A DNA stretch of 64,000 bases from Phoronis australis (taxonomy: Eukaryota > Animalia > Phoronida): assembly GCA_002633005.1 (NCBI GenBank), contig NMRA01000166.1:434001-498000 (forward strand), given 5' to 3'. The notes under the pieces are model-generated. The model was given only the letters and a program-made list of their open reading frames with translations. It was not told the DNA's origin and did not search any database. Below are positions 24,901 to 35,149 of the stretch, piece by piece. Each line of letters opens with the position of its first letter. Positions within the stretch are counted from its first letter, which is position 1. Made by a program: the position numbers and the translations under genes.

Positions 24901-27900
24901 TTGTATATCCACCAAGTATATCAATACACGCGGTAGTTTATCTTCAGTCGTACCCAATGGTTGTAGTTTTTAGATTATTAGCTCATCGATTTTTAAAAGT
25001 CGAAAACCGTACTGGGTTGTTTTTTCCAGATGAATACCGCCATGGTGTTGTTTTTAACGAAAATTAGTGGTTAATGCATTTTGAAAATTCGCCATTATGT
25101 ACAGTCAGAAACAGTTTATGGTCGGGTGATTACACTTAATTGGGTCTTGCTCGCATCGGGTCCTGCGGTCATCACACCTGTACCTGACTCCGGCGCCGCG
25201 CTCCCTTTGATCCTGGTAAAAGCCGCTCAGAAGGACGAACGGTGAAAATTCCCGCATATCTTTAGAAATGCTTGTCATTCTTGTAAGCGTATTATTCACG
25301 GTATGTACTTTTGTAGTGTTAAATTTATGACGGGTTTCTATATTTAATCAACTTCAAGTTTACGAGCGGGATGTGGTCAGCTGTCGGACTGTTTGAGGGC
25401 CTTTCACATTCGACAGTTTGAATTACAAGGTTTAGTGCAGTTCACATTGCGAGGTTTTCAGATTTGAACTGCATTCAAAGGTCGTTATTTAATCTCTTTA
25501 TGGTTTTGTACTTTCAATAATCAACTGTTACCATACTAAGAATTTGCTGATGACACCTCTACTCAAGCTGTTTGTGCACATGTTTGACCTTAAATGGTAA
25601 CGAGACTGAAAAGAGCTTGTGCTTCGTTACACAAAAGCCTAAAATTGGCTGGGTAAAACATTGCACGTTTGCTGAAAATTCAATAGTTACACCCTCTAGC
25701 AGTGTGAAAGACATAAGGTACAGACGAAAACCTGCAAAATCGTATATGTAATTCACGGCGTTATGAGCGAAATTATAATGCATTTTCTGCAAATACGGAA
25801 ACATGTTGCGATCCCTTATATATGGCCATGGGCTTCTATGCGAATTTACCAGTAAGGTCATATCCTTTCTTCGGACGTAAGGGCAGTCGCTATTTTTCTT
25901 GGTTTGTACTGCACTTGCTGGTAAGTTTAATATCGCGAACATGGTATTTTAGTCGAAATAAAATGCTTCCTAAGACAATTTGAAATTGCATGGCCTTCTA
26001 CTGGAATACAAGCACATTAAGGCGTAACCTTCTTAAAAAGAATTTATGTTATGCATACTGCAGCGCGCCAAAACTTGTAAGTTAGTTATTCTTGAGTGAA
26101 GTGGGTATGGCAGACTACCGAAATAACATTGAGCTTGCCATTTTTCAAATTCCTAAAGCAAACAAAGCAACAGACAATATTATTCCTAAGTTTGTGTACA
26201 TGAGTTGCTCTGGCAACCATTTTGTTCTACTGTTTGTGATATATATAATTGATAATATAAACAGTGTTTAATTCCTGTAGGCAGTTTAGATTTTCAAAAT
26301 TTCGTCGGTATGAGGCGTACTCAGTTTAGTATTTTCTTTTGTAATTCTAAAATTCCTGGTTGTCACAGCGACGGCACACAATCAAGCTTTGTAGCTACCC
26401 TACGTTTCTAGGGTTGGTCACTAAAATGAGCATACATGGTAGTTGACTGCTTCTAATTCCGTCGGTGACCAAGTGACCAAGAAGTCTTTAGTACAACCGT
26501 CGAAAGGCCAATTCGATTTTCAAAATAAAATTTTATTTTCATGACTTAAAAGTGCGCCACTGCCGAGACCGACTGCAAACCGGAGGCTGGCTACCACTGA
26601 CCCTGCACTGATCATGTATGTCATGCAACCAGTGCTCAACAGCTTACTTGAAAGATTGAGAATGTAGTCCTTCTTCGAGGTATTGCAGTCAACATGGCAA
26701 GTCGAGATCTAAAATGAAGAAAAGTGTGATTGGCAGTCACAAATGACAACGTTTTGAATTAGCCAGCAAGTAAACGTTAACTATTTCCTTAGTGTGACAG
26801 GACTCTGTGTTGGCAGAATCTGAGTAAGAACAAAAGTTGGTGATTCCGCCCGACACCAGGGGCCTTGCAAGATAAGTTGAACATACTCAGAAAGACATCT
26901 TAAGTCCGGTTTGAGAAGATGATGCAGTTACATAATTATTAGTTATCTTGGTGTATTTACACCAACCTCTAACCATTGTAAATAGGCTGGAGTTTGGTAT
27001 AAATGACTTCCGGGAGCTGGCGTAAATGACTTCCGGAAGCTGTCGAGATTGGCGTCTTGCTTAGTTAGGAATTCCTCTCCAGTCTTCTAGAAATAGCTTG
27101 GCAGTCATGCTTACTTCTGACAAATTTTAAGCATAAACCTAAAATTGTTTTTGAAAAACTTATGTTTTCATTCTTAGTAACCAACCGATTGAATTTTTCG
27201 CCGAGTCTCAAAAAAATGGAATGATCTCGATTAGTGGAAATAATTATGCAAAACTCGTTTTCCTAACTGAATCGTCAAATTTGTTTTGACAACCCGATTA
27301 CCTATGATATCATATCTATTAGTCTATGCACTTATTTTGGGGGTGAGGGGTAACTATTACCAGAATAATTTGTTGTAGTATTGAAGGCCACGTGGTTCAA
27401 CAGCCTGTAATGTCGAAGGTCACTGGCCTCGCAGGTTTTTGCGAAAAAAGCATAACAACAACACACTCCGTAAAGTATTTTGATGAAAAAGATCCGAACA
27501 ACTGCTGAAGTGCTGTGTGAGATAAATTCATGTAATTTTGTTCAAACGCATTTAATTCGTGCTTCATTGTCGCCGTTATATCCTTTAAACTATCCAACGC
27601 AAAAAATCTTACCAATATGAAGGTTTAAATAAATTAAAAATAACTTCATTAGCTGTGCAATTCAAATAATTATATTCATTTGCACCCCGCACGGCAACAG
27701 ATACAACGCAATGAACATATGCAATTTACACTACATGATGGCCACATATTTCTGCCTTTTGTAGTTTCCAGCATTTCCTAACACAAACATCACGACATTT
27801 ATCAAGATATGCATTAGAGAAATATATTGAGAAAATCCGTAGGATAATTGTAGGCATGTCATAAAGCGATGAAATTGCACTAAATAACAATAAGGCTCAA

Positions 27901-28096
27901 AAACGTCATTGCATCACCTTTCAACCAAAAAATATCACGGCACATCGTTTAATTCTTATCCTATGTTTTCGGCGTACATAAAACTGCCAGTACTCACCAA
28001 AGTTCCAGTGCACGTTATCGGACACGCTGTAGAAATGTCACCTCTGCATGTACTACCTGTGGCCATCCATATCAAAATCCATAAACAAATGTTCAT
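825..28096 (-). CDS. ROS1: ROS1/Sevenless-like receptor tyrosine kinase, 5' part (ectodomain); join of exons 27998-28096, 26648-26708, 20696-20910, 10793-10874, 8091-8277, 6647-6759, 5648-5767, 4808-4983, 4322-4413, 2007-2416, 825-917; continues beyond window start
   Basis: Manual splicing gives 1648 nt of uninterrupted frame with matching phases at all 10 junctions. The order signal peptide, CxxxC-rich segment, FN3 (LRPYTAYK|FRIVAV), FN3 (LLANTLYQVTISSVNRFGEGP), YWTD-like blades (LSYDWLFHVLY, DPVNGYLFWST, LYWMNG) and FN3 (ALITWDKP) matches the ROS1/sevenless ectodomain. The kinase domain is not in the window, so orthology is inferred. Confidence 0.85.
1152..1954. mobile_element. Harbinger/PIF-like MITE split by ~600 bp of inserted DNA; same family as 30087-30330
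   Basis: Inverted ends GGAGCCTGTTTCGAAAAAGT and (rc) GGAGCCCTATCCAAGAAACT; the right half aligns to the 30087 copy. Confidence 0.5.
1531..1605. repeat. Minisatellite, 3 x 25 bp (tagcggcactcgggcgggttcatag)
   Basis: Three adjacent near-identical units, no spacers. Confidence 0.9.
2007..2416 (-). CDS. ROS1: ROS1-like exon, propeller (YLFWSTPSKGIYRVDL...DAQPIP)
   Basis: Lies within the 148-aa ORF; acceptor gttttgcag; donor CAG|GTTACC is weak but phase-1 compatible; ends in QPxP as before an FN3 domain. Confidence 0.9.
2529..3890 (-). mobile_element. Kolobok-like non-autonomous DNA transposon, family A, with THAP-domain start; spans N gap
   Basis: TTAA TSD (2525-2528, 3891-3894); ~150-bp TIRs beginning AGGCGAAGGCAACC; internal MPHCCCVPG...LHRFP THAP start at 3625 on minus. 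TTAA target, purine-purine termini and THAP are Kolobok hallmarks. Confidence 0.85.
2840..3533. other. Assembly gap (694 N)
   Basis: N run inside a repeated element. Confidence 0.99.
4322..4413 (-). CDS. ROS1: ROS1-like exon, propeller (IVRCSSEDLCLDIVNNLTSLPACLVADPVNG)
   Basis: Acceptor cttgtttccag, donor TGG|GTAAGT, phase 0 to 2; joins to give DPVNG-YLFW. Confidence 0.88.
4808..4983 (-). CDS. ROS1: ROS1-like exon, YWTD-like propeller (MTSDAHNENVYFSNSDG...ALSYDWLFHVLYIVEGNS)
   Basis: Acceptor tctcctgcag, donor TCG|GTAAGA, phase 1 to 0; L-S-x-D-W-L...L-Y blade motif. Confidence 0.9.
5648..5767 (-). CDS. ROS1: ROS1-like exon, start of propeller region (GNQAKGYLVFYSRHRILRHKLTDILDNPEVIYVNNSAVIQG)
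   Basis: Acceptor gtaatcgcag, phase 1. The only phase-1 donor before an in-frame TAG is non-canonical AAG|GCTAGT. Confidence 0.78.
6647..6759 (-). CDS. ROS1: ROS1-like exon, FN3 domain 2 second half (FGSLLANTLYQVTISSVNRFGEGPSVARNISTLPEIQG)
   Basis: Acceptor tctatttcag, donor AAG|GTACTT, phase 2 to 1; FN3 N-x-x-G-E-G-P motif. Confidence 0.9.
8091..8277 (-). CDS. ROS1: ROS1-like exon, FN3 domain 2 first half (APTDSPSIVSLTSPSPTVLQLRWEHPVFVNAELVAYRLHL...)
   Basis: Acceptor cttgtttcag, donor CAG|GTATTC, phase 1 to 2; FN3 W-x-x-P and Y-x-L motifs. Confidence 0.9.
9161..9576. mobile_element. Harbinger/PIF-like MITE
   Basis: Ends GTGCCGTTTACAC and GTCTAAACGGGGC with TAC/TAA 3-bp flanks; internal repeated gtgtgtaaac and inverted gagcaaattgat motifs. 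Confidence 0.6.
10330..10600 (-). pseudogene. Degenerate THAP-like domain, transposon-derived
   Basis: Minus-strand translation KYPNHLIDGVEFIPLPKP, then frameshifted KCLGLLQAGRR; resembles the YP...GVxFIPFPKP...KCxxW pattern of transposon THAP proteins. Confidence 0.45.
10793..10874 (-). CDS. ROS1: ROS1-like exon, end of FN3 domain 1 (FRIVAVAADTDIVYSPLSQVIKTLPYG)
   Basis: Acceptor ttttctttttcag, donor GAG|GTATGA, phase 0 to 1; completes the YK|FRIVAV FN3 motif. Too short for the ORF track. Confidence 0.88.
11271..13353. mobile_element. Kolobok-like non-autonomous DNA transposon, family B (2.08 kb)
   Basis: TTAA TSD on both sides; perfect 13-bp TIR AGTCCTTCTCTCA; highly similar copy at 47076-48518. 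Confidence 0.85.
13366..16676 (-). mobile_element. ISL2EU/Harbinger-related THAP-bearing DNA transposon, degenerate, with nested Kolobok-like insertion
   Basis: TIR GGGGCTATTCGAC / GTCGAATAGCCCC; two-exon THAP remnant on minus (16349-~16550 and from 15702: ...WRIAVKR...VCSIHF... G|ERKRLKPAALSSIL); second copy at 21107-24128. Confidence 0.75.
13458..14912 (+). mobile_element. Kolobok-like element, family C, with KolX-like N-terminal remnant
   Basis: TTAA at 13454-13457 and 14913-14916; imperfect TIR AGGGGCATGCCACCAA; FTGYQFEQEYSDEEILER at ~14638-14730; related copies at 40231-41670 and 62602-63906. Confidence 0.8.
17176..17400. mobile_element. Fragment related to Kolobok-like family B
   Basis: TTAA-AGTGCTCACACTGCCC end resembles the family B terminus; 17195-17240 is the reverse complement of ~12455-12500. 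Confidence 0.45.
20190..20580 (-). mobile_element. LINE (CR1/L2-like) ORF2 3' end fragment
   Basis: Degenerate C-terminal Cys/His segment (SPLCSCGDTQTNAHVFF; QRVQHFQALEQY); related to 39700-40110. Confidence 0.55.
20696..20910 (-). CDS. ROS1: ROS1-like exon, FN3 domain 1 (LIGQIQEPSFLSIS...ELRPYTAYK)
   Basis: Acceptor gtgtttcag, donor AAG|GTAATG, phase 1 to 0; FN3 LxPxTxY motif. Confidence 0.88.
21292..22284. mobile_element. Non-autonomous DNA transposon with CAG/CAT termini and 5-bp TSD
   Basis: Ends CAGTGGCGGTTCTAGG and (rc) CATAGGCGGATTTAGG; TAAGG duplicated at 21287-21291 and 22285-22289; empty site seen in the paralog near 16485. Contains a tRNA-like A-box fragment at ~21545-21592 on minus. 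Confidence 0.8.
22409..22663. mobile_element. MITE with CATG termini and 5-bp TSD
   Basis: TIR CATGC(C/G)CGCACC(C/T)AG; CTTGG duplicated; empty site in the paralog near 16350; relatives at 49997-50247 and 60717-60922. Confidence 0.85.
26648..26708 (-). CDS. ROS1: ROS1-like exon, Cys-rich N-terminal region (ISTCHVDCNTSKKDYILNLS)
   Basis: Acceptor ttcttcattttag, donor GTAAGC, phase 0 to 1; resembles the ROS1 C-x3-C...Y segment preceding the first FN3. Confidence 0.75.
27998..28096 (-). CDS. ROS1: ROS1-like first coding exon with signal peptide (MNICLWILIWMATGSTCRG-DISTACPITCTGTL)
   Basis: aagATG start at 28096 with an upstream in-frame TAG; hydrophobic signal-like N-terminus; strong donor TTG|GTGAGT, phase 0. 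Confidence 0.75.
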
Positions 28097-29176
28097 CTTG
28101 AACCATCGTAAGATGACTTTCTGCTAGAATTCTACTAGAACAATCAATTCTAGAAATGAGTCCGTTATGCTTAGGCATCAATTAGACCGACTATTGTCTT
28201 GTTTCCTTTCTCTAAACTATACATGCTTGTATGCTCAAAAGATAGTGTTCGTCCAAGCCAACTTCGCAGTACTATGGGCTTAACTTACAGGTTGGACCAA
28301 AAACTACGGGGCAAGCAAAATACATTTAACGTGACAAAATTTTGAAGTTGGAAGTTTCTATCATTATTTGACGCAAGGATGCTGGTGCAATGAATAGTTT
28401 GATTTGTATTTTGTGTTTTTGTAAGAAACATTTTTTGTATTATCTTAACATAAAAGCGAATCTATTACAAGCAGATATTAACAATAGAACAAGCTTATTC
28501 TGAAAACATGCTTATTTCACAGAATCGCGGGACACTTTTGGAGTGTAAAAATATCAAGAGGACATAAAACGCGATGAAGTACGTTGCAAAAATCGTTAAA
28601 AGTGATTTTCTTAACCGAAATTGTAAGAAATTATTTTCGTTCCGCACTATGGACTTAACCACAAACAAAGAGGGGGAAAGTTCGCATCTGCGTGTCTTAC
28701 TGCGTAACCAGACTATTTATGGAAGTGGTGAGAAAATTTAGTTGTGACCTAGAGTCATGGTGAACTTCAACAGCAAAACTTCTGCCGATGTTTTGAAACT
28801 ATGTTTCTACTTTGCAGTTCACATGGGCGGATCCACGAGGGGTCCATGATCACTTCCTCTGAGGCAAAGTATAGTTCGCTCACGTCGGAGAACCTGGATC
28901 AGCCCAAGGTTCAGCGTCTCATCAATCGATCTAATTTAGCATTGAAATATCAATCCATGCAATCATCTCGGCTCATTCCTGCTGCTTGCATAATGAACAC
29001 CGAGTTTTTTCTTGAAGACAACCTTCACTTGGTTAAAAACTTCATGAAAAGAACTTCAAGGCAAACTAATTTAGTTTATTCCTAAATTAGGCTATTTCAT
29101 AATTCAGCATGATGTCAATTTCTTTTAAGGTAAACAAACTTTGGAATACAACTTTAGAGATTATTTTTTTAATTAT

Positions 29177-29231
29177 GGTGCTACACCAAGAGGTGGTGCT
29201 ACACCAACAGGTGGTGCTACACCAACAGGTG
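29177..29231. repeat. Tandem repeat, ~3 x 18 bp (ggtggtgctacaccaaca)
   Basis: Direct inspection. Confidence 0.85.
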
Positions 29232-30086
29232 CAATGTTCGCCGAAGTGAATGACACCAAACTTGACTATTTTATGAACGTTGAACTCGTAGTAGTGAAAG
29301 CGCAAATATGTAGGCCTGAAATTCCCGAAATTTGGCAGTAACATCTGCCAATTGGTGAAACTTATCGTGCAGTTTACTCAGGAAAAAACAATGGAAGGTT
29401 TTATGCACCAGAATTTGGCGAAATATGACGGCTAGAATTCAAATTAAAACGTGTTTATACGTTAAAAATCGAAACTAGTCATAAGTTTTTTATTTACGCC
29501 AATCTCATTTTCTGTAAAAAGAATATCTTTGATAAGAGTTGCCGAAAGATAATCCAAGAATAATTGATTTTCATGCAGATTTTTTTATCGAGAATGCGTC
29601 AACTGCTTAAACCCTTAAACTACATGGGTTTCTCATTTACACTGACTTCAACATCAAACAATGTACAAGCGAAGTGCAGATACTCTGGCCATTATTATAC
29701 GCAACGCTAAGCCGGTGGCGCCTGCACTCAAGTTAATCGAGCATGACTATAAAACGTAATAAACAACTGCGCCTATCAAAATTTTACCATATTATGCAGA
29801 CAACACAATGCTCTGTCTAGACGGCTCAAATGAGTCGATAAAAAGGTCAATCACTTGATCTTCTGGTCCAATTTCAGAAATTCCCAGGACTTAAACGAAC
29901 CAAATATGGCAATTACACATTTTGTGTGGATTGGCGTTAAGCAATTATCATCTCTGTTCAAATATTAATCCTTTTTTTGCCCAGCGTCACACGTTTAGGA
30001 TTACCTTTAGCGCTGATTTGTTAGAATTTTCAAATTGAACTTTAATGAAAAAATTAAGGAAATCGAAAAAGAGAAATATTGGCCTG

Positions 30087-30330
30087 GGGCCTGTTCCAAG
30101 AAACTGACTTCATTTTTGACTTAAGTCTAAGATTTGTCTTAACTTCCGAACTTTGAAACTTCCACATTTGAAACGTTAGTCAAAATTAAGACAAAACTTA
30201 GGTCATACACATAAGTCAAACTTAAGATCTTTTTCTTGATTTGGTTTTGAGACAAATTCAACTTTTATTTTAAAATTTACTAAAATTTAAGGTTTGTCTT
30301 AGCTAAGTCAGTTTTGTTGGAACNGGGCGC
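30087..30330. mobile_element. Harbinger/PIF-like MITE
   Basis: TIR GGGCCTGTTCCAAGAAACTGACTT / AAGTCAGTTTTGTTGGAACNGGGC; repeated cttaag motifs inside. Confidence 0.6.
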
Positions 30331-30929
30331 TCAGTTATCTTCACTTGAATAGACTTGTGCTAAAAGCAGTGCAAAAGATATGGAAATGAGCTATCTTGAC
30401 TCGCTGGATAACGAGTTCATCCAAGTAGAATTCATTAATTGTTGAGTGACAAGACTCCAAAACCTTCTCTTCATGAAAGAAAACCTTAGAAATACATCTC
30501 TGTACTGAAAATTTGCAAATAATTATGGATAGTTTTATCATTAGGTGAAATGAAATTTCTCCAAGTGTGTTACTTTGTCATGTTTGTTTTTTTGTTCGCA
30601 CGCTACATGTCACATTTTGCATCCGACCAACGTCGACTTTACTCACTACATTTGTCTTGTGAATGGCAAGCAAGAGGACGTTGTGGAGGCCATTTTCATT
30701 ATTTTGGTTTGGCGGAGGATTTTTTATGATTACTTTCTGTGGATAGATTATTTCACAAGCTTTCTCTACGACATAAAGTTCTCGTGTTATCCAAAATTTT
30801 CCGATGACGGGTCTCCGGTTGAGTTTTTGGGCCGTATCCTCGGCGTCCTTCAACGGAGGTGCCTGAAATTCAGTATGTGGATAGATAGTTTCAAGGGGTA
30901 TGAATACTGTGAAATCCGTTTATGACTCA

Positions 30930-33900
30930 TAGTCGGTGGGCCAGATCTCATAGCGTTCATCCTTGTGAATACTTTGGGGGGGGGGCAAACTAATTTTTTC
31001 TATGTGGCTAGATAATCTACCTATAAATCAAGTTCCACAAAGTTACCACGTCTACACTCGCACATTTTTTTAAAAACGTATTTTTGTTGCAGGAAATGTT
31101 ATGCATATTCCTGCCACTTGGCGCTTTTCTGTTCTTAGTTACTTCAGTATGGCAGCTCCCATGCAGTGTGATGTCTGTATAATACAAGGTTTATCAAACA
31201 GCACAAACTTGTGATGCTAGAACCTGAAGAAGCTTAGAGTAGCATCCTGACGAAAGCTGATGGACTGTGTAACTCTTTAGATCAGTAGATCGAAAAGAAG
31301 AGGTGTCAGAAACGTTTGTGCAGAAAACAGCTGCATGTCCTGCTATCAGTGCTATAGCCTATACAGTATACTGCTGTAGAAGACCAAATGTCAGACCAAA
31401 AATTGAAAGGACATAGAAAGGCATAGCAGCGTTTCAAGACACCAGCAGTAGTACTAAAGCCAAAGCTGTTGAAAGTGATACAGATGTTACCCAAAACTTC
31501 CCAACAAAATCAATTAGACTTCCGAACTATGAAACACCCAATTAACCTGAACAAGATAGGAACATTCTGAAACAAGAGTGCATCACTGGTTACAAGGAAA
31601 AGTATATTATGGATCATATTTCAAGAAAGAGAAAGAAGTAACAACATTATAGCTTTGAAAAACAGGTACGTGTTTTTGAAAGGTACATCTTGGTGTTTTC
31701 CAAGTGTGTTTCAGTATTATCACCACTTGTTTTTTAACTTGTTTAGCCCCTGGGCTGCCTAGGACCTTAGACAATACCGCTGACCCAGTAGAGACGGTGA
31801 TCATACCATGTGCCGGATGCTATACGGCAAATTACTCATCATATTGGTTAAACCATAAGTCAGGTTCCTATAAGTTTAGAAGTACCGCGTACAGAGATGC
31901 CTCTGAGGAGACCGTTAATGTTTTCATTTGTTCCCAGTTTAATACTCCTGTAATCATTTTTTTCGAACAATCCCTTGTTCAGTTGCCACATTAACACTGC
32001 TTGCGCCAGGGGATAATCATGCGGCGTTATATTGTGGGTGTGATTTTAAGCACTTTAAGTCAAAAATTTTGGAGAAGTTTAAATGGAGTAGATGGTTGCA
32101 GTCAGCATTCCAAAGTGGCTATAATCCCCTGCCGTAATCCTGGGATAGGGGGATCCACTTCTCAATTTTTTGTGAACATTAATTACTTAGGTAGCTGCAA
32201 TGGTAATTAAATTAAAGTGCCTAAGTAGCCAGCGTCCCCGTCGTAGTTTGAGGACAGTGGAAGCTACTGTCCACTTCGTCAAACATTGCCTTAAGTGTAA
32301 ATCGTTTGACTATGGTATGAGCATCTGATTTAAAAAAAAAATAACAATTTCAATCACTACACTGGTCTATCAGCTGATTATTTCCAGTTGCATCAACTAA
32401 TCTAATTATTAGACGATCAACATTTTAGGCGAAAGATCGGACGGCATGTAAATTTGTTAGGCTGGTGGTGGATCAGTTCCTGATAAGTCCGTCTGAAAAA
32501 TTTGCATGCCAATTCATTCATAGTTAAATGTTAAATTAGTGTTAACAGTTCGGTTTTTTCAGTAGGACTTGTATCGCAAGCAGCAGCTCAGTCCAGAGCC
32601 CTGAATGTGCAAATGAAATTCAAAGACAAAGACCTTGTGTCTTAGTAGCCAAGTACCACAGATCATCATGCTATAAAAATACAAAGAAAAAAATGTGAAG
32701 AGTGGCAAATCCACAGTTTTCAGAGATGTTTTTCTACAGTTTTGTTTGGAGTTCAATGAATCAAAGCTTCTAACACATGGAGTTGTCATTTGCCTTTCAA
32801 ACCTAAAGCAAGACTTTGAAGCTGTTCTTCATTCGAAAGCTGGTGTGCGTGAAGTTATTTGGACAGGCAATCTTTAGAAACGACTGTTGAAGCTACTCAC
32901 TCTTGTAGTTTGTACCCGACTAAGAGGTAGGAAAGTCGTGAATTAAGGCTAGTGTTCAATACTTCACTTGCTGACTCTAATTAACACAGCCCATTATAAC
33001 ATATTTTGAATCAAACGTTTGCCAAAATCCTGCCCGCCTCCAAACAAGGACTTAGTGTTTGACCCGTCATTGCATACGGGCCATTCTCAGGGCGCAGTGC
33101 TGTACCCTTTCTAATCGAACACAGTTGGCTCCTTGGAGGTGGAGCTTTCCAGTTAAAATGTGTGCAATGCCCGCAGCTCCATTGAAAGTACTAAACGATG
33201 AACGCTGCAAGTGCAAAAAGAACATTTGAGCTGGGAAACTGAGTTTTTGCTGCAATTCTGGTTCAAGCTGTACAGAAATGTGCAGCTGTGACAACTGAAG
33301 TAACATCAGCAACACTGACTGCATAACATTGGATAGTTCTTTGACAAATCAACCCTAAACAGACCTCCAACCCCGTTATTTTGTTTTTTGTATTAAAAAG
33401 AGAGTTTTTATTGTTGATTAAGTAAGTAATAGAAAGTACATACTTTGATCATTGTCATGTATGTGTCTCATACTGCTGGATAAACGATGTCAGAATAATC
33501 GCTTCGCAGTTAGCGCATATAAAAACTATTTAAGTATTAAATTATTTAATGTAAGCTATACCGCTTCGTTCTCATTATCATATTGTTTGGATTCTCAGGT
33601 CAGTGACCCTCTTTGTTCTAAAATTTTTGGCTCAATTGTACCACGTGATCTCTTTGTGTTATCGCAACACTGGGCCATCGTCTACAATTCGCTCCAACTT
33701 TCATTTTTCTCTCAGTTTTTCTTTCCCTCCCTCCCTCAAACCAATTTTCTTTCTTTCCCTGTTATGCTCCAATTTCACATGTCGCTGTCCCGGTGTTGCT
33801 GTTATGCTTTCGCATGTTGTTTCTTAACTTACTATTCACCACTTGTGTATACCTTCATTGGTGCTTGGCAGATTGTCACCCACCTTTACAGTTCAACATG

Positions 33901-34627
33901 TTATATAACTTTTGCAATTACTGTTATTTGTAGTAGTTTAGTTTGTAATAATATATATCACCTTTTATTTCAACTACACGTGTTGTTTCACTGTAAACTA
34001 GCTTCGGTATCGCTTCGCAGTTAGCGCAAATAAAATCTATTATTTTCATACGGTCTTCGTTTACATTCACAGAGATCATTCAACTATATTGTTTTTGTAC
34101 TATAACGTATTTCTGGTGTATTATGCAAACAAGCTATATTTTATACCATTAGTCAATGGTTCAGTCACTGAGGCACAAATTTTGCCCAGTCTCAAGTGTT
34201 TTGTGTTAGTTTTGTTGCCAGACAATGCCAGAATAACCTCCTAGTAACATTCAGACGTAGTTTGCATTTCTGCCACTACGTGTCACTTTACATTTTTTAA
34301 ATTTTTTAATTAGTCTACAATAGTAAAGCATGTAATGTGAGAGTATTATTGTTCAATACAATGACATCGATGGGATCATATTACTTGTTTTACAAAAAAG
34401 ATAGTAAAAACTTGTTTTTACAAATATAAGTTCTCTAAGCTCTATGGTGGTTATTATGCAACTTCAAACTCAAATTTCTCAGAAATGTGCAAATTCATAT
34501 GTGGAAACTTTTTAGATTTTTCAAACACTCTAGTAAGTGAATTAAAAACACCAAAATAAAATTGCCCCCCTAAAGTACTCACAAAAACCATTTTCTAGAA
34601 GCCCTACAAATTCTGGCCCACCGCCTA
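30930..34627. mobile_element. Academ-like DNA transposon (3.7 kb, degenerate)
   Basis: 5'-TAG...CTA-3' termini; TIR TAG(T/G)CGGTGGGCCAGA extending imperfectly over ~100 bp; 3-bp TSD TCA (30927-30929, 34628-34630). No intact internal ORF. Confidence 0.65.
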
Positions 34628-35149
34628 TCACCTTCTTGAGACATTCGAAATTTACAGATAACATGACTGTTGTTTCATTAACTTCGTTTTAGGTACAGTT
34701 TGTTGGCCTATCATAGTCGTCTAAGAGATCGTATTTTTGGTGTGATCGACATTAAATGTACGTGTTTATATACATAATAGCTCAAGGACTTGGTTTTTGG
34801 GTGAAATCGAATGCAAAATGGCGCTGTGACGGCCATTTTTATTTATGTTTGCAGAGTTATAACTCCGCGATCATTTGACCGAACCAATTCAAATTTGGTA
34901 TGTAAACTAATCTTCTCACGGCTATCTGCAATGCCTGACTGGTTTCTCGCTACGACTTATCGTTCTCGACTTCTTCGACCTGTTCTGGTTTGATGATAGT
35001 CTTTTATTGACTGATTCCTCAATGCACATTTAATGGTTATTGTACACTGGTGTAACAGACGTTGAGGCAGCGGTTGTTGATGTTCTTGGTTTCGTGGTGG
35101 ACCTTATTTATTAATATGATTTATTGAGACATATACACATGGCCATAGG

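Noticed and set aside
33452-34024. 190-aa hydrophobic ORF
   Set aside because: T-rich low-complexity sequence naturally lacking stops; TTG start, no motifs, inside a repeat.
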